Shown piece by piece: positions 35,912-47,137 of a DNA stretch of 64,000 nucleotides. A program made the translations under genes and the position numbers. The stretch comes from Podarcis muralis (Eukaryota): assembly GCF_964188315.1 (NCBI RefSeq), contig NC_135656.1, positions 107,074,001-107,138,000 on the forward strand. Reading direction: 5' to 3'. Every line of letters starts with the position of its first letter. Position 1 is the stretch's first letter. The notes below the pieces were generated by a model that was given only the letters and a program-made list of their open reading frames with translations, ran no database searches and had not been told where the DNA came from.

Positions 35912-38015
35912 CAGTGTTTCCCAACCTTTTTTGGGCAAAGGCACACTTGTTTCATGAAAAAAATCTCGAGGCACACCACCATTACAGCCCCGTGACGTCA
36001 GCGCGCAGCGTCACGCCGGGAGGGACGCACGAAAGTGTAAGTTTCAATTTTTCCCCCTCCCCCTTGCCTTCCTTCTGTGCCAACCGCCAAAAAGCCAAGA
36101 AAAAAGCCAAGACTTTAGGGCAGCAGGTCGACACGGAAGAAGCTCCTACCTAAGGACAGGTGCGACGGCCGTGTCCTCTTCTGCCACACTTGGCAGCCCT
36201 GCCTCACGGTCGTGACTCCCACCCTGATTTCTCCCCGCAGGTCGAGCGGCACAGGCAGCCCAATGTGTCCAGCCCAGACACAAGCCCCGCTTCCCCACTC
36301 TAGATCCTGAATGCGACCAAGTGCTCTGGACTCCCAAGCAGGGTGGGAAAGAGGACTCGCATCTGGTAGCCTCCGGGCTCCTCGCCTGCTTGAGGGATGG
36401 CATTGCAGGCAAGCTGCCGGCCGTCGCCATCGCCGCCCCCTCATGCGAGTGGACCTGCCCGGAGTGGTGGGCCGGGGGAGGCTCGCTCTCTGTGGGGATG
36501 TGGCCCGCACGCGCGGCCCCGCTTCCTCCTGCCCAGGGCTGAGCTCCTTACCCGCGATCTCGGTCTCGCGCACGCGGATCCCACTTATTCTGAAGCTCGC
36601 GCCACTAGCCGGGGCTCTCACACCGTGCCAGGGCGAGGCGGCGCGGCCCACTGACGTCATCGCGGCTCGCCGCCGCCCTCGACTTCCCTGTTCCCTCCCC
36701 TCCCTCGGGTCGCCGTGGTTACCGAGGACTGCAAGCTGCTCGGGCGAGCGTGGGGCATTAAGTGGGAGAAGGAAAATTAAAATTAAAACTCGCCTGAAGG
36801 CCGCCTCTCCGGATACAGTGGTGCCTCGCAAGACGAAATTAATTCGTTCCGCAAGTCTCTTCGTCTTGCGAGTTTTTCGTCTTGCGATGCACAGTTTCCC
36901 ATAGGAATGCATTGAAAATCAATTAATGCGTTCCTAGGGGAAACCGCCTTCAGACCAGGTCCGGGGACAGTCTGTCCCCCGACCTCTTCTGAAGGCTGGG
37001 GGGGGGGGACAAGGGCTTTTCTTCCCACCCCCAGCATTTTAAAAAACCCCGGGACAGCGGAGGACTTCTCCGCTGTCCGGGGCAATCTTAAAATGCTGGC
37101 GGGCGGCATTTTAAAATCGCCCGGGACAGCGGAGGACTTCTCCGCTGTCCGGGGCGATTTAAAAGCCCCTGGGAAGGCAGGCAGGGGGGACAAAGATTTT
37201 CGCCCCCCGCCCGCCTTCAGAAGAGGTCCTGGACCTCTTCTGAAGGTGGGCGGGGGCGAAAGTCTTTGCTCCCCCCTGCCTGCCTTCCCGGGAGAGCAGA
37301 GAAAGGCAGCGCGTTTAACCGCTGTCCCGGATGGCTTTAGAAGGTCCTTGACCTCTTCTGAAGGCGGGCGGGGGCGAAAGCCTTTGCTCCCCCCTGCCTG
37401 CCTTCCCGGGAGAGCGGAGAAAGGCAGCGCGTTTCTCTGCTGTCCCGGACGGCTTTTGAAGGCAGGCTTTTGAAAGCCGTCCGGGACAGCGGAGAAACGC
37501 AGCGCGCCCTTGCCGCTGCCCCCCGACTTGGCTGGAAGGCTGGCGGGGGGAGAAGCCTGCTCCTCCCCATCGCCAGCCCCGCAAACTCGGGGGACAGCGG
37601 GAGAGGCGCAGCGCGCCCTTGCCGCTCCCCCCCGACTTGGCTGGAAGGCTGGCGGGGGGAGAAGCCTGCTTCTCCCCATCGCCAGCCCCGCAAACTCGGG
37701 GGACAGCGGGAGAGGCACAGCGCGCCATCCCGCTGTCTCCCGACATGGTTTGGAGGCTGGCGGAGGGCTTCCTCCTCCCCCAGCCCTGCAAGCTCCCAGA
37801 GCGATGCCAAAGCTGCGCGCAGCTTCGGCATGGCTCTGGGTCCCGTTCTGGGGGAGGGGGAAGCTCGGGCTTCCCCCGCCCCAGCCCCACGCCTGGCGGT
37901 GGGGGAATAATTTTTTTCCCCTTTATTCCCCCCCCCCGCCAATTTTTCCCGCGGCACACCAGGCAACGTCTCGCGGCACACTAGTGTGCCGCGGAACACC
38001 GGTTGGGAAACACTG
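35912..38015. mobile_element. Non-autonomous hAT-type element (2104 bp) with heterologous cargo
   Basis: TIRs cagtgtttcccaacc / ggttgggaaacactg; perfect 8-bp TSD gcttagaa at 35904-35911 and 38016-38023; no recognisable transposase inside. Confidence 0.85.
36816..37800 (+). mobile_element. Left arm and GC-rich interior of a second Tigger-like element inside the hAT (no right TIR); includes a 109-bp tandem repeat (~2.3 copies, 37500-37745)
   Basis: TA-cagtggtgcctcgcaagacgaaattaattcg at 36814; hairpin repeats ccgggacagcggaggacttctccgctgtccgggg; repeat units start at 37500, 37609 and 37718. Right boundary approximate. Confidence 0.7.
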
Positions 38016-38849
38016 GCTTAGAAGCTTAGCTGCTAAAAGGCTATTAGCAGCTTAGAAAAAGGGGGGGGGGAGCGGGGGGAAAATCGCAAGACTAGCAAGA
38101 CGTTTCGTCTTGCGAAGCAAGCCCATAGGGAAAATCGTCTTGCGAAGCAACTCAAAAATGGAAAACCCTTTCGTCTAGCGGGTTTTCCGTCTTGTGAGGC
38201 ATTCGTCTTGCGGGGCACCACTGTACCTTAGGATCAGGGCAGCTTACACCATACTAAGTAGCAGTACAGTCAAATACCACCATCCCCATAACCTGAGCAG
38301 AATCTGCCCCCTTCCTTCCCCTTCAGAATCCTCAAACAGGATGCATTTTAAAGAGGTGCAGCAGCAGCACAATCCCAATTACCGTAAATATCCTTCTGCC
38401 AACTTCTACTACTTTCATGTGTGTGTGTGATGGTGGTGAATGACCCCTTGCCTAATGCAAAATCGTTGCTCCAATTCAACTTCCCCCTTTCTTGTCTTAT
38501 CTTCCAAACACTCCTTCCTTTCCCAATTACTTGACGAACTCCACTGACCTCAGATTCTGCTTTCCAAACACAACATCCTCTATAAAATTAGCATGAGGAC
38601 TCCTCATACCCTAAAAAACCACCGCAGAGCAACTCATTCTTTCCCCACCACTAAAATGAAGTGGGATGAAGTTTGGATTGTGAAATATGTGCTTTTTCAA
38701 AATGTAACGTGTGCCAGGTCTATAAAACCTTTTAAAGGACCTTCAGCATGAACGCAAATATATACACAGAATACACACACCTACAGAAGCTACAAAAGTG
38801 ATCCAATGTCCCCAAGGGATCTGGATTTAATTTGTCACTAGGGGTCCAG

Positions 38850-39170
38850 GGGCCCTCAGTGGCTAGGTGTGCCAATCAACCTCTGTTCGTGCATCAACTA
38901 CAACCATACCTAGACAGTGATAGCCTTGGCTACAGTGGTCCATACACCGGTAACCTCACAATTAGAGTACCGCAATGCATTGTATGTGGGGCTACACTTG
39001 CACCTGGTTTGAAAGCTCCTGCTAGTACAAAATACAGCTCTTCTATTTCTTTGTTTGCTTTTTCTATGACATCTCATAAAATAAATTATCTGGGCATCTT
39101 TATGCATATTGCACTTGCACTGAAAGATCTGCACTGGCTGCTAATAAGCTACCCAGTAAGTCCGTATTTT
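38850..39170 (+). mobile_element. Degenerate L2 LINE ORF2 3' fragment
   Basis: Remnants like LQPYLDSDSLATVVH, YRNALYVGL and LKDLHWL. Confidence 0.65.
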
Positions 39171-39691
39171 GTTACAAACACTTAAAGCATTAAACAACTT
39201 GGGACCAAGACATCTTGGCAGACTGCTTCCCTTGGTTCAGACCAAGCCAGGTGTGTTAACCCCTAAGTTAAGTCTTTGAAGTGAAAGAGCTGACTGACAA
39301 CATTTATTAACACTGTAGGCCATGATTGCCGTGCTTGCAAACATGGCATGAAACCCATCCCCCCAAGAGAATGATGGAATTAGATGCCTCCATGTAATAA
39401 ATGTGAAGAACCTGGCCTGTATTAACCATAGTTTGGCCAGCTTGATGTATACTGATCTCAATTTTAAAATGGATGAAACTCAATTTCTCCCAGGTAAGTG
39501 TGTTCAGGAATTCAGCCCTAGTTTGTAAAATGCTTCAACCAACTCGTTCATCTCACAAAGCACACCATCATCTTCCAGTTCCCTGGAAAGAGACGCAAAT
39601 AATTTTAGGTACACCTTTGAGGCAACTACAAAGCCTCCAGCTGGGCTGGGGTGATAACTCTGGGATCTCATGACCAAATCCAAACACAATA

Positions 39692-39905
39692 TAGTCATTC
39701 CTCGGGTTACAGACGCTTCCGGTTGTGTGTTTTCGGGTTGCGCACTGCGCCGAACCCGGAAGTACCGGAACAGGTTACTTCCAGGTTTCGGTGTTCACGA
39801 ATGCACAGAAGTACCAAATCGCAACCCATGTGTGTGCAGACGCGGCGCTGCGGGTTGCGAATGTGCCTCCTGTACGGATCACGTTTGCAACCCGAGCATC
39901 CACTA
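39692..39905. mobile_element. Tigger-like MITE
   Basis: Imperfect TIRs tagtcattcctcgggtt / aacccgagcatccacta flanked by TA. Confidence 0.65.
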
Positions 39906-42657
39906 TATTAGCTTCAACAGGCCTCTTCTTTCTTTGGGCTGAATAAGACTTCCTCAGGGCTGCCTCATGTATTCCCTTCAGCCCCTAGCAAAAGAAAACA
40001 TTCCAAGTGCATGAACACATGTCGCATGGATTAGTAATGGACTCAGTGAGACTTGCAGGATTCAACACCCTCCCGTTTTGAGTTCCACGTTTCAAGAACA
40101 TTGGAGCATCGGGTCTGTTTTATACCCAACACCCCTCCTTTCCCCCCATTCCAACCCCCAACACAGGCACAGCAGAATCCAACCAGATATTTCCTTTGGG
40201 AGCTGCAGGCCACAGTAACTTCTAAGCCCCCCGCTTCCCAGTCATGGCCGGGCAGGGGGAACCCACAACTAAGTGCCCCAGCCTGGTCTACTGTCTTGCA
40301 TGAATGAAGTAAAGCTGAGTCAATGAATGAGAGTTATTTATGTGTCAACAGTGGCTTCTTCAGCATGGGGACTTCAAATAAGAGGGAACTCTTCCAGACC
40401 TACAACTTTCCAAATCAAAACACCTTGAGCATTTTTTCCCCACCAGGAGCTGAGGTCCAGACAAGTCCATCCAGCCAAAGCCAGGAACTCCCTCACCCAC
40501 CCCCGCCAGCAGACTAACAGCTATGCCGAAACTTCCAAAGCATCTGTCAAGCTGTCAGTGGAAAACTCCCAGCCAAACTTGTTTGACTGTCCAACGCTGA
40601 GCCCTGGTCTGGATTAGAAAATCAAAGGTGGAAGGTCAACAAATCCCTGTTTTGTCTGGCTCCAGATCTATCCACATGAGGAAAACCCTGGTCCCAAAGG
40701 GGAACCTAGGAACAGATACTGTTGAGTTTCAGTTAAATTCCTCACAGCCCCACATGCACAACTAAATACTGTCAAAGCACCAGATATGAGTCACAATATT
40801 TGCATCAGTGGAGAAATTGGTTCCTTCAAAAAATGCAGGGAGCACTGAAACATTTTTTCTGTATTAGATGTATATGTATGCATACACGCCTCACATTAGA
40901 ATAACAGGATTTTAGCTCTGGATTGGATCACTGAAATACTGGGTAACCATTGTGGGTACTGCTCAGGGTTTTATAGTGTCTGTGGTCTTACACATTTGTT
41001 CCCCTTATGGCAAAACAGCACTCCCTCAAATTCATATGTTGACACTTCAGCCCTCTAGATATGAAGGACACAAAGTAATAGGGATCTTGCCATAAATAGC
41101 CATAACTATGTGCCATTTCTGTATCATAGTTGGGGATTGATTTTGCAAGCTAAATGGGACCTGCTCCTATTTTTCTGCTGAAATCTGGGAGGTACACAGG
41201 GCAAAGTCATTGCAGAATAACAATGATTTTTCAAACATTTGCTAGGTTAACACAGGAAGGGGGAAGAAAAGGGTTCTTGGCAGCGTGAATAGAAATTCTT
41301 GTTCTATTGGAGAGCTATGACTAGTTCTATTTCCTCACGCTGCTGGGAAGGAATATGCAACTGGCTGATCCTAGCAATAGATTCATGAAACATGCCTTTG
41401 GCTTGACGTAGCACCTCTAAGCAATGGGCTTTGAGGCCTTAAATCTTAGAAGCCTACACAATGCTCTTCCAAGAAATCAATCAGTTCTAACAATTCAATT
41501 CTCTCTCTCATTAAAAAATAAACACCTTAAATATGAAGAGGAGGCGTTTCACATTCCAAACTACAGACTAAGGTTTACACACTTCCTATCACGATTGCAT
41601 TTACGGAGGAGACCCTGAGAAGGTCAGGTCTGGGCACGGTGGTGTTTAGATACAACATGAAGAAGTCATGCTTACTAAGGGAAGGGTGGAGATTTTGAAG
41701 CAGAAGACTCATGCAAACCACACTCTCTGGGCTTGTGTCTTTTACCTATGCTTATTGTTTACTGGAGTATACAATCAATGGGTAAACTGGAGATAAAAAG
41801 CAAATCAGAAAGTAGTATGCAAGGAGCTTTGGATGATCAGGGCCTCCATTTTTACTTTTGCAATTGGCACAAGGTTGCTGATATTGGAGTTGTAATGCAT
41901 ACACTGGGAAGGTGCCTGGTCAAATGCCTCGACTGTCACAATGACCCACAGCCATGCATCAGACAATGCAATGGAACTGTGCGCAAAGACAGGGAACTTT
42001 GGGGATTCACAATTTCACAAAGGTCATCTCAGGATTTGAGGAGAAACTGCACTACATGCAACAAGCCTGAGGCTACATTGGGAAAACAACCCAAACCTTA
42101 ACACATTCAGCCCTGTGCAACTAATTCAGATGAGCAAGAGACTAACCCCAAATATACTGAATCATACTCCTTCATGGCTCAAGTTTTCCAGCCCTGCCAG
42201 AATTGAGCATATTCTTTTCCCCATCCTGCCCCCACCCCAAAAGAGAGAGTTTAAGTACTCTTTCTAGTTGTGTGTATCCACAAGCAAAAGGATAACGTAT
42301 TTACTAAAACAGGATAGATGTAGGGTTTTGATCTTGCCTGAAAGGTAGCCTCTAGGCAAATTCTAGTTCAGTTCATCATTGTTAGGTGACAGCTTAGATA
42401 ACACTTTGCCCTGCCCAGAGGAAGTAAATTCTGTTTTTGTACTTTCGTGACGCTAAATGCAGCACTGAACCTTTCAGGAAGTCAGCGCAGCTGCCAGCCT
42501 CATGGTTACTGGTGCTAATGTTCAGAAGGCAAAGTGATGGAAACACTCTTCCCTCCATCTGGGTTTAATGCTCACAGGAACCAGGTCCCACTTTCCACTC
42601 TGCCAGGCCCATAAAAACAGTTGAAGCCACAATAGTTGGTTGTGAAAGCTTCACAAA

Positions 42658-42785
42658 CAGGCATAGGGAAGCTTTGGCCCTCCAGACTGCAATTCCCATC
42701 ATCCTTGGCCATCAGCCACACTTGCTGGGACTGATGGGAGTTGTAGTTCACTGACATTCAGAGGGCCAAAGATTATCTATACCTG
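42658..42785. mobile_element. Degenerate palindromic hAT-type MITE
   Basis: caggcatagggaagctttggccctccag...gagggccaaagattatctatacctg. Confidence 0.65.
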
Positions 42786-45700
42786 CTCTAAATGGAGCAT
42801 GAGAAGAAAAGCATTTGAGGTTACAAAGTGTGGGGACAGGAGGTTAATGGGAAGCAGAACTACCTAAAGACTGAAAAGAAAAAAGAAAAAACACACAACA
42901 GTCTCAGCTGTTCAGCAAATAGAAACGCCCAGCGACTAATCACGAGGCAGCCTAGCAAGACAGGATATCAGTATGACCGGCTCCATGCTTTAACCTTGGA
43001 CTTAGAACTAGTTACAGTTAAACACACAGAGTCCCAGAGGCTCAAGCAAGTCTGTTCAGATAGTGGCTCAGCCACCAAAGGCATCTCAGTGTATTAAATA
43101 GCCAGCTCTTAAGACAGCCTGTGCAGTTATTTTGTATATTTCGTCTATAAACCACCATAAGGATCTAGCTGGGCGGTAAGATAAGGGATGCAAACATGAT
43201 GGGAGAATACAAGGCGACAACAGGAGAGAGGCCATCACCATGCAAAATTGTTCCTTCCAAGTGATTCTAAGGGGTGCAGACCATTCTATCACCTAATTCC
43301 TTGCTGCAAGTGCTATTAGAGCAGGTAAAGACACAGAAGGCAGGACGAAGAGGCCCACTATCCAAACAGCACTGCTGGAAATGTACATGTACTCATGAGC
43401 CACAACAGACACAAACACTCCCGGATCTAAAACCGGTCAGATAAGGTCTCTCAAAAGTTTTGCTCCCATGTCTAATACCCACCGCAGAACTGCACAGAGA
43501 CTACCACATAGGAAACACATTCAATGCATGCAGGGCTGTTTATACAGTTCTTTTGCACCAAGTTCATCGGATATAAACAACTAAACATAGAATTACCAGA
43601 ACAGCCTAGAATTTGTTCCTTTTTAAAAGGCCGCGCCACTGTAAAGTGTTCCTAAATCCCCTCTCCATAGTGCCTTAGAAGTTCAGCTTGTACCCACCGT
43701 CACCATTAAGTTGCTGTTGCCACATGGTGCCAGCACTTTCCCCTCTATCTGAAGCTCTGTGGAGTTAACACACAGCGTTTGTCCCGAGCAGATTAGCAAG
43801 TCCAGCTCAGGAGACATTCCTTGTGCGCCTCGACAAATAAGTCCACTTCAAGAGCACCCTGCCGCTGCTGCTATGTTCAGCTTCTACCTCCCCTCTCTGT
43901 CCCGCTCTCCGATCAACAGCCCAAGTCCAGTGTTATAAACTTGCCTTCTGTCTCTCTGGCAGTTTTTATCGCTTGAAAAATATCTTTCCGCCGGTATCCA
44001 ATTTCCAGTGGCAGGAGAGCAGCAGGGCAGAATCTGACAGATTCGCTGGATGCCTGAATTGAAGGAGGGGAAAAACACGGCAAGGCACGCTGCCCTGCTG
44101 CAAAGTTTTGAACCCAGAGAGCTAGTTTCACTTCCCCGGGGAAATCAGGAAACGTGGCCCCTCCTTTGTAGGAGGGAAGGGGGCAGGGTTAAGAGGTTGC
44201 CACAGGGCAGCCCTCTTTATCAGGAAGTCAGGGCCCCTCTCCTCCTTCAACCTGAAGAGGGAAGGCTTAACCCTCACACACCCAGAACACTCATAGGGAG
44301 GCTGAAGATAAAAAAGGGTTGGATTCTCAAGTCTGCATCTTACAGCGAGTGCAGTGAAGCTAATGCAATCCTGAAACTGTTGCACTGGCCAATATGGGAA
44401 AGGTGAGGGCTGGATTCTGACCTCAGTTACTGGCATTAGCCCAGTCCGGATGATTCTATGGAGTCAAAAGCTGGGATCAGATTCTGACCTAAGTGACAGA
44501 AGTGGATGCCAAGCTCCCCCTCATACTGCATTTATGCCAAGGAAACAGATCAACATGACCCTCTCTTGCTAAAAGTGGGCTTTGGTGGAGTTGAAGTAGA
44601 GTATCAGCAAAGAAGAACAGGCGAAAGGTACAATATTCTTGGTAAAATACGAGGAATAGGACTGGAAGAGAAAACAGTTCTCATGGGGATGATTAGCAAA
44701 GCAAAGCAAGCAATGACCGCAATGAGCTAATTTCTGCTGCCACGTTTCCCCACAGAGGAGCGTTAACCATTAACTGCTCTCTTCCCAGCCAGCTGGTCGC
44801 CTGTTTCTGATGTTGGTGGTAGTAGAGGAAGTGCCTGTGTGAGAGTGAGAATGTGCTGGTTCCGAGGTAAACAGGATACAGAAGAGGGAGGGGATAATTG
44901 TGGGGAAATTAGGAAGACCACTTTAGGCAAGCTGTGCATTAAGGGTGCAATGTACACCACCACTCAGAGTCCCATCGTGGGAAGGGGATTAAGGGAGAAG
45001 CAGCATGAGCATGATCTCAGACCACTCAGAGGTCTCAATGGGACAGCAAGGGACAAAGTGAAGTGTTACCTGTGGGTGGGTGTGTACTTTTGTCACCCAC
45101 GCCAGCACAATGGAACTGTGAGAGAAGGGAAGAGCCTGCTGGGGAGGAAGGAAAAGAGATACAATGGTAATGTGCCTTGGAGCACTGCGGCAGATAAGTT
45201 TATTTTAAAATCCTCCTTAACCAAAGAGGCTGCTGGGGGATTGCGGGAGAGAAAGAAGAAAATCTTTACTGCATTGGGAACAAGTTTAATTATGAGGACA
45301 GGATTCAGCTTGACACGGAAGGCAAAGACAGTTAAAATGCCTAATTGGACACATTGAGTCCACCAAACTCTCTTGCTCGCACTGATTTTATGACGTGACA
45401 AATCGGACTTTGGTGTTATAGCTGTAACACCAAACAACAAAAACATTTATTGGATGATTTGGATCAAGTTTGCATCAGAAGATCAAGGCTGCAATTGAAC
45501 ACGGGGAGAGCCAGACGCAAAATTAGGACCAGATCACTCCAATTCCATCCCCAACACAGCTGCCTACTCACTAATAGGAAACAGAACTCTGTCCCAGCCT
45601 GCCTGGTCTTCTGCGTAATTATGTTAGGGGGGGAGGGGAAATGAACAGAATGGACAAAAAAACAGGAAGCCATCAACAAAACCAAGGCAGACAATTAAGA

Positions 45701-46876
45701 GCAGCCTTGGTAGATCAGGCCAAAGCCCTACCAGGCCAGCATTATGCTCCTCAAGTAGCCAACCAAATGCCTAAGCGAAGCCCACAATGAGCACAAGAGC
45801 ACTCCTGCTGATGATCCTCAGTCACGGATACTCAGAAGCATGCCACTTTGGATAGCAGAGGTAACATATAGTCATCTTATCACTGATCCATATGCAACTT
45901 TATAATAAATTTCTACTTAATAGCTCAGAAACATTGAAGGAACTCTGCATTCCCTAACCTGGTATTCTCCAGATGACTTCTGAATGGCACCAGGTTGAGG
46001 AAGGTTCAAAACATGGATTTTTAAAATTTATTTCTCACCTTGCTTCCACAATGTAATTCCAAGTAGCATACACAGGGTATCCAAGGCAGTCTCCCAGCCA
46101 GGCGCTGACCAGACACAAACCTGCTTAGCTTTAGAAAAGCGGCTATATCCCGTACCTTCTGACTACAGAACATGCATTTCCACAGCAGAGGGCAGACAGG
46201 TCTGGGCAACTACATTCCTATGATCTATTCCCTCCCAAGCTAACGTGCATATAGCCAAGTCAATTACAGAAGGAAGGCTGAAGGATGGCTGGAAAGGTCA
46301 TACTGTCGAGCTGTGATTCGAGCCTAGAGATGAGAAATAGTCTCATCTCTGTGCAAGGACACAGTTCCTAGTTTCTCAGTACTCCTGAAACAGGCTAGCA
46401 GCAAACCCAAGTTTGGCCCACGGGGCTTCCCATTTGGCCTCCAAGATAGAACCCTCCTTGTTACTCTTTGTTAGGCAACTCGGTCACTTTGTCCTATGGG
46501 AGCTCACATGTTGCAAAAAAATCTTCCTGTGCCAACAGCAACAGGAACATTGGCAGCATTCACATACACCTCAGCTGCTCACTCCCATTTGCCTGTGTTT
46601 TGACTCACACAGGGGACTGTGCAGCTGTGATACATCTTCAGGGAAGAGCTCTGTCCAAGTCTATGTTGTGCACTAAGGAAGAGGAGGGGATTAAAGAACC
46701 ATTGGTCCATACATTGTACTGGACTAAGTCAGCAGGCAGGTCTAAAACTGCTGGCCCTTCCACCATTGCTCACTTATACAGCCCCCAGCATGAAGCTAAT
46801 TGTCAACCAGGCCACTAGTTCAAGTATTTTGCTCAGGCTTAATCAAGACTCCTTTGTTCTAGCCACAGCTCTAGAG

Positions 46877-47012
46877 CAGTGTTTCCCAACCTTGTGCCTC
46901 CAGATGTTTTTGGCCTACAACTCCCATCATCCCTGACTAGCAAGACCAGTGGCAAGGGATGATGGGAATTGTAGGCCAAAAACAGCTGGAGGCACAAGGT
47001 TGGGAAACACTG
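46877..47012. mobile_element. Palindromic hAT-type MITE
   Basis: Perfect TIRs; TSD ctctagag at 46869-46876 and 47013-47020. Confidence 0.9.
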
Positions 47013-47020
47013 CTCTAGAG

Positions 47021-47137
47021 CAGGCATGGTGAAACTTGACCCTCCAGATGTTTTGGGACTACAATTCCCATCATCCCTGACCACTGGTCCTATCAGCTAG
47101 GGGTGATGGGAGTTGTAGTCCCAAAACATCTGGAGGG
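47021..47137. mobile_element. Second hAT-type MITE in tandem, right TIR missing
   Basis: caggcatggtgaaacttgaccctccag...catctggaggg followed directly by ctctagag (47138-47145). Confidence 0.75.

Larger units (their letters stand above)
35773..38223. mobile_element. Tigger/pogo-like MITE interrupted by a 2.1-kb hAT insertion
   Basis: TA-cagcggtgccttgcaagacg ... cgtcttgcggggcaccactg-TA; ends match the uninterrupted relative at 55029-55376. Confidence 0.85.

Noticed and set aside
37500-37745. CRISPR-like or functional repeat array
   Set aside because: Eukaryotic context; whole 109-bp units repeat with no unique spacers, so it is a minisatellite within a transposon.
36783-38055. Several overlapping 120-311-aa ORFs
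   Set aside because: They lie in GC-rich tandem repeats of a transposon interior, where stop codons are scarce; no transposase or other domain is visible.
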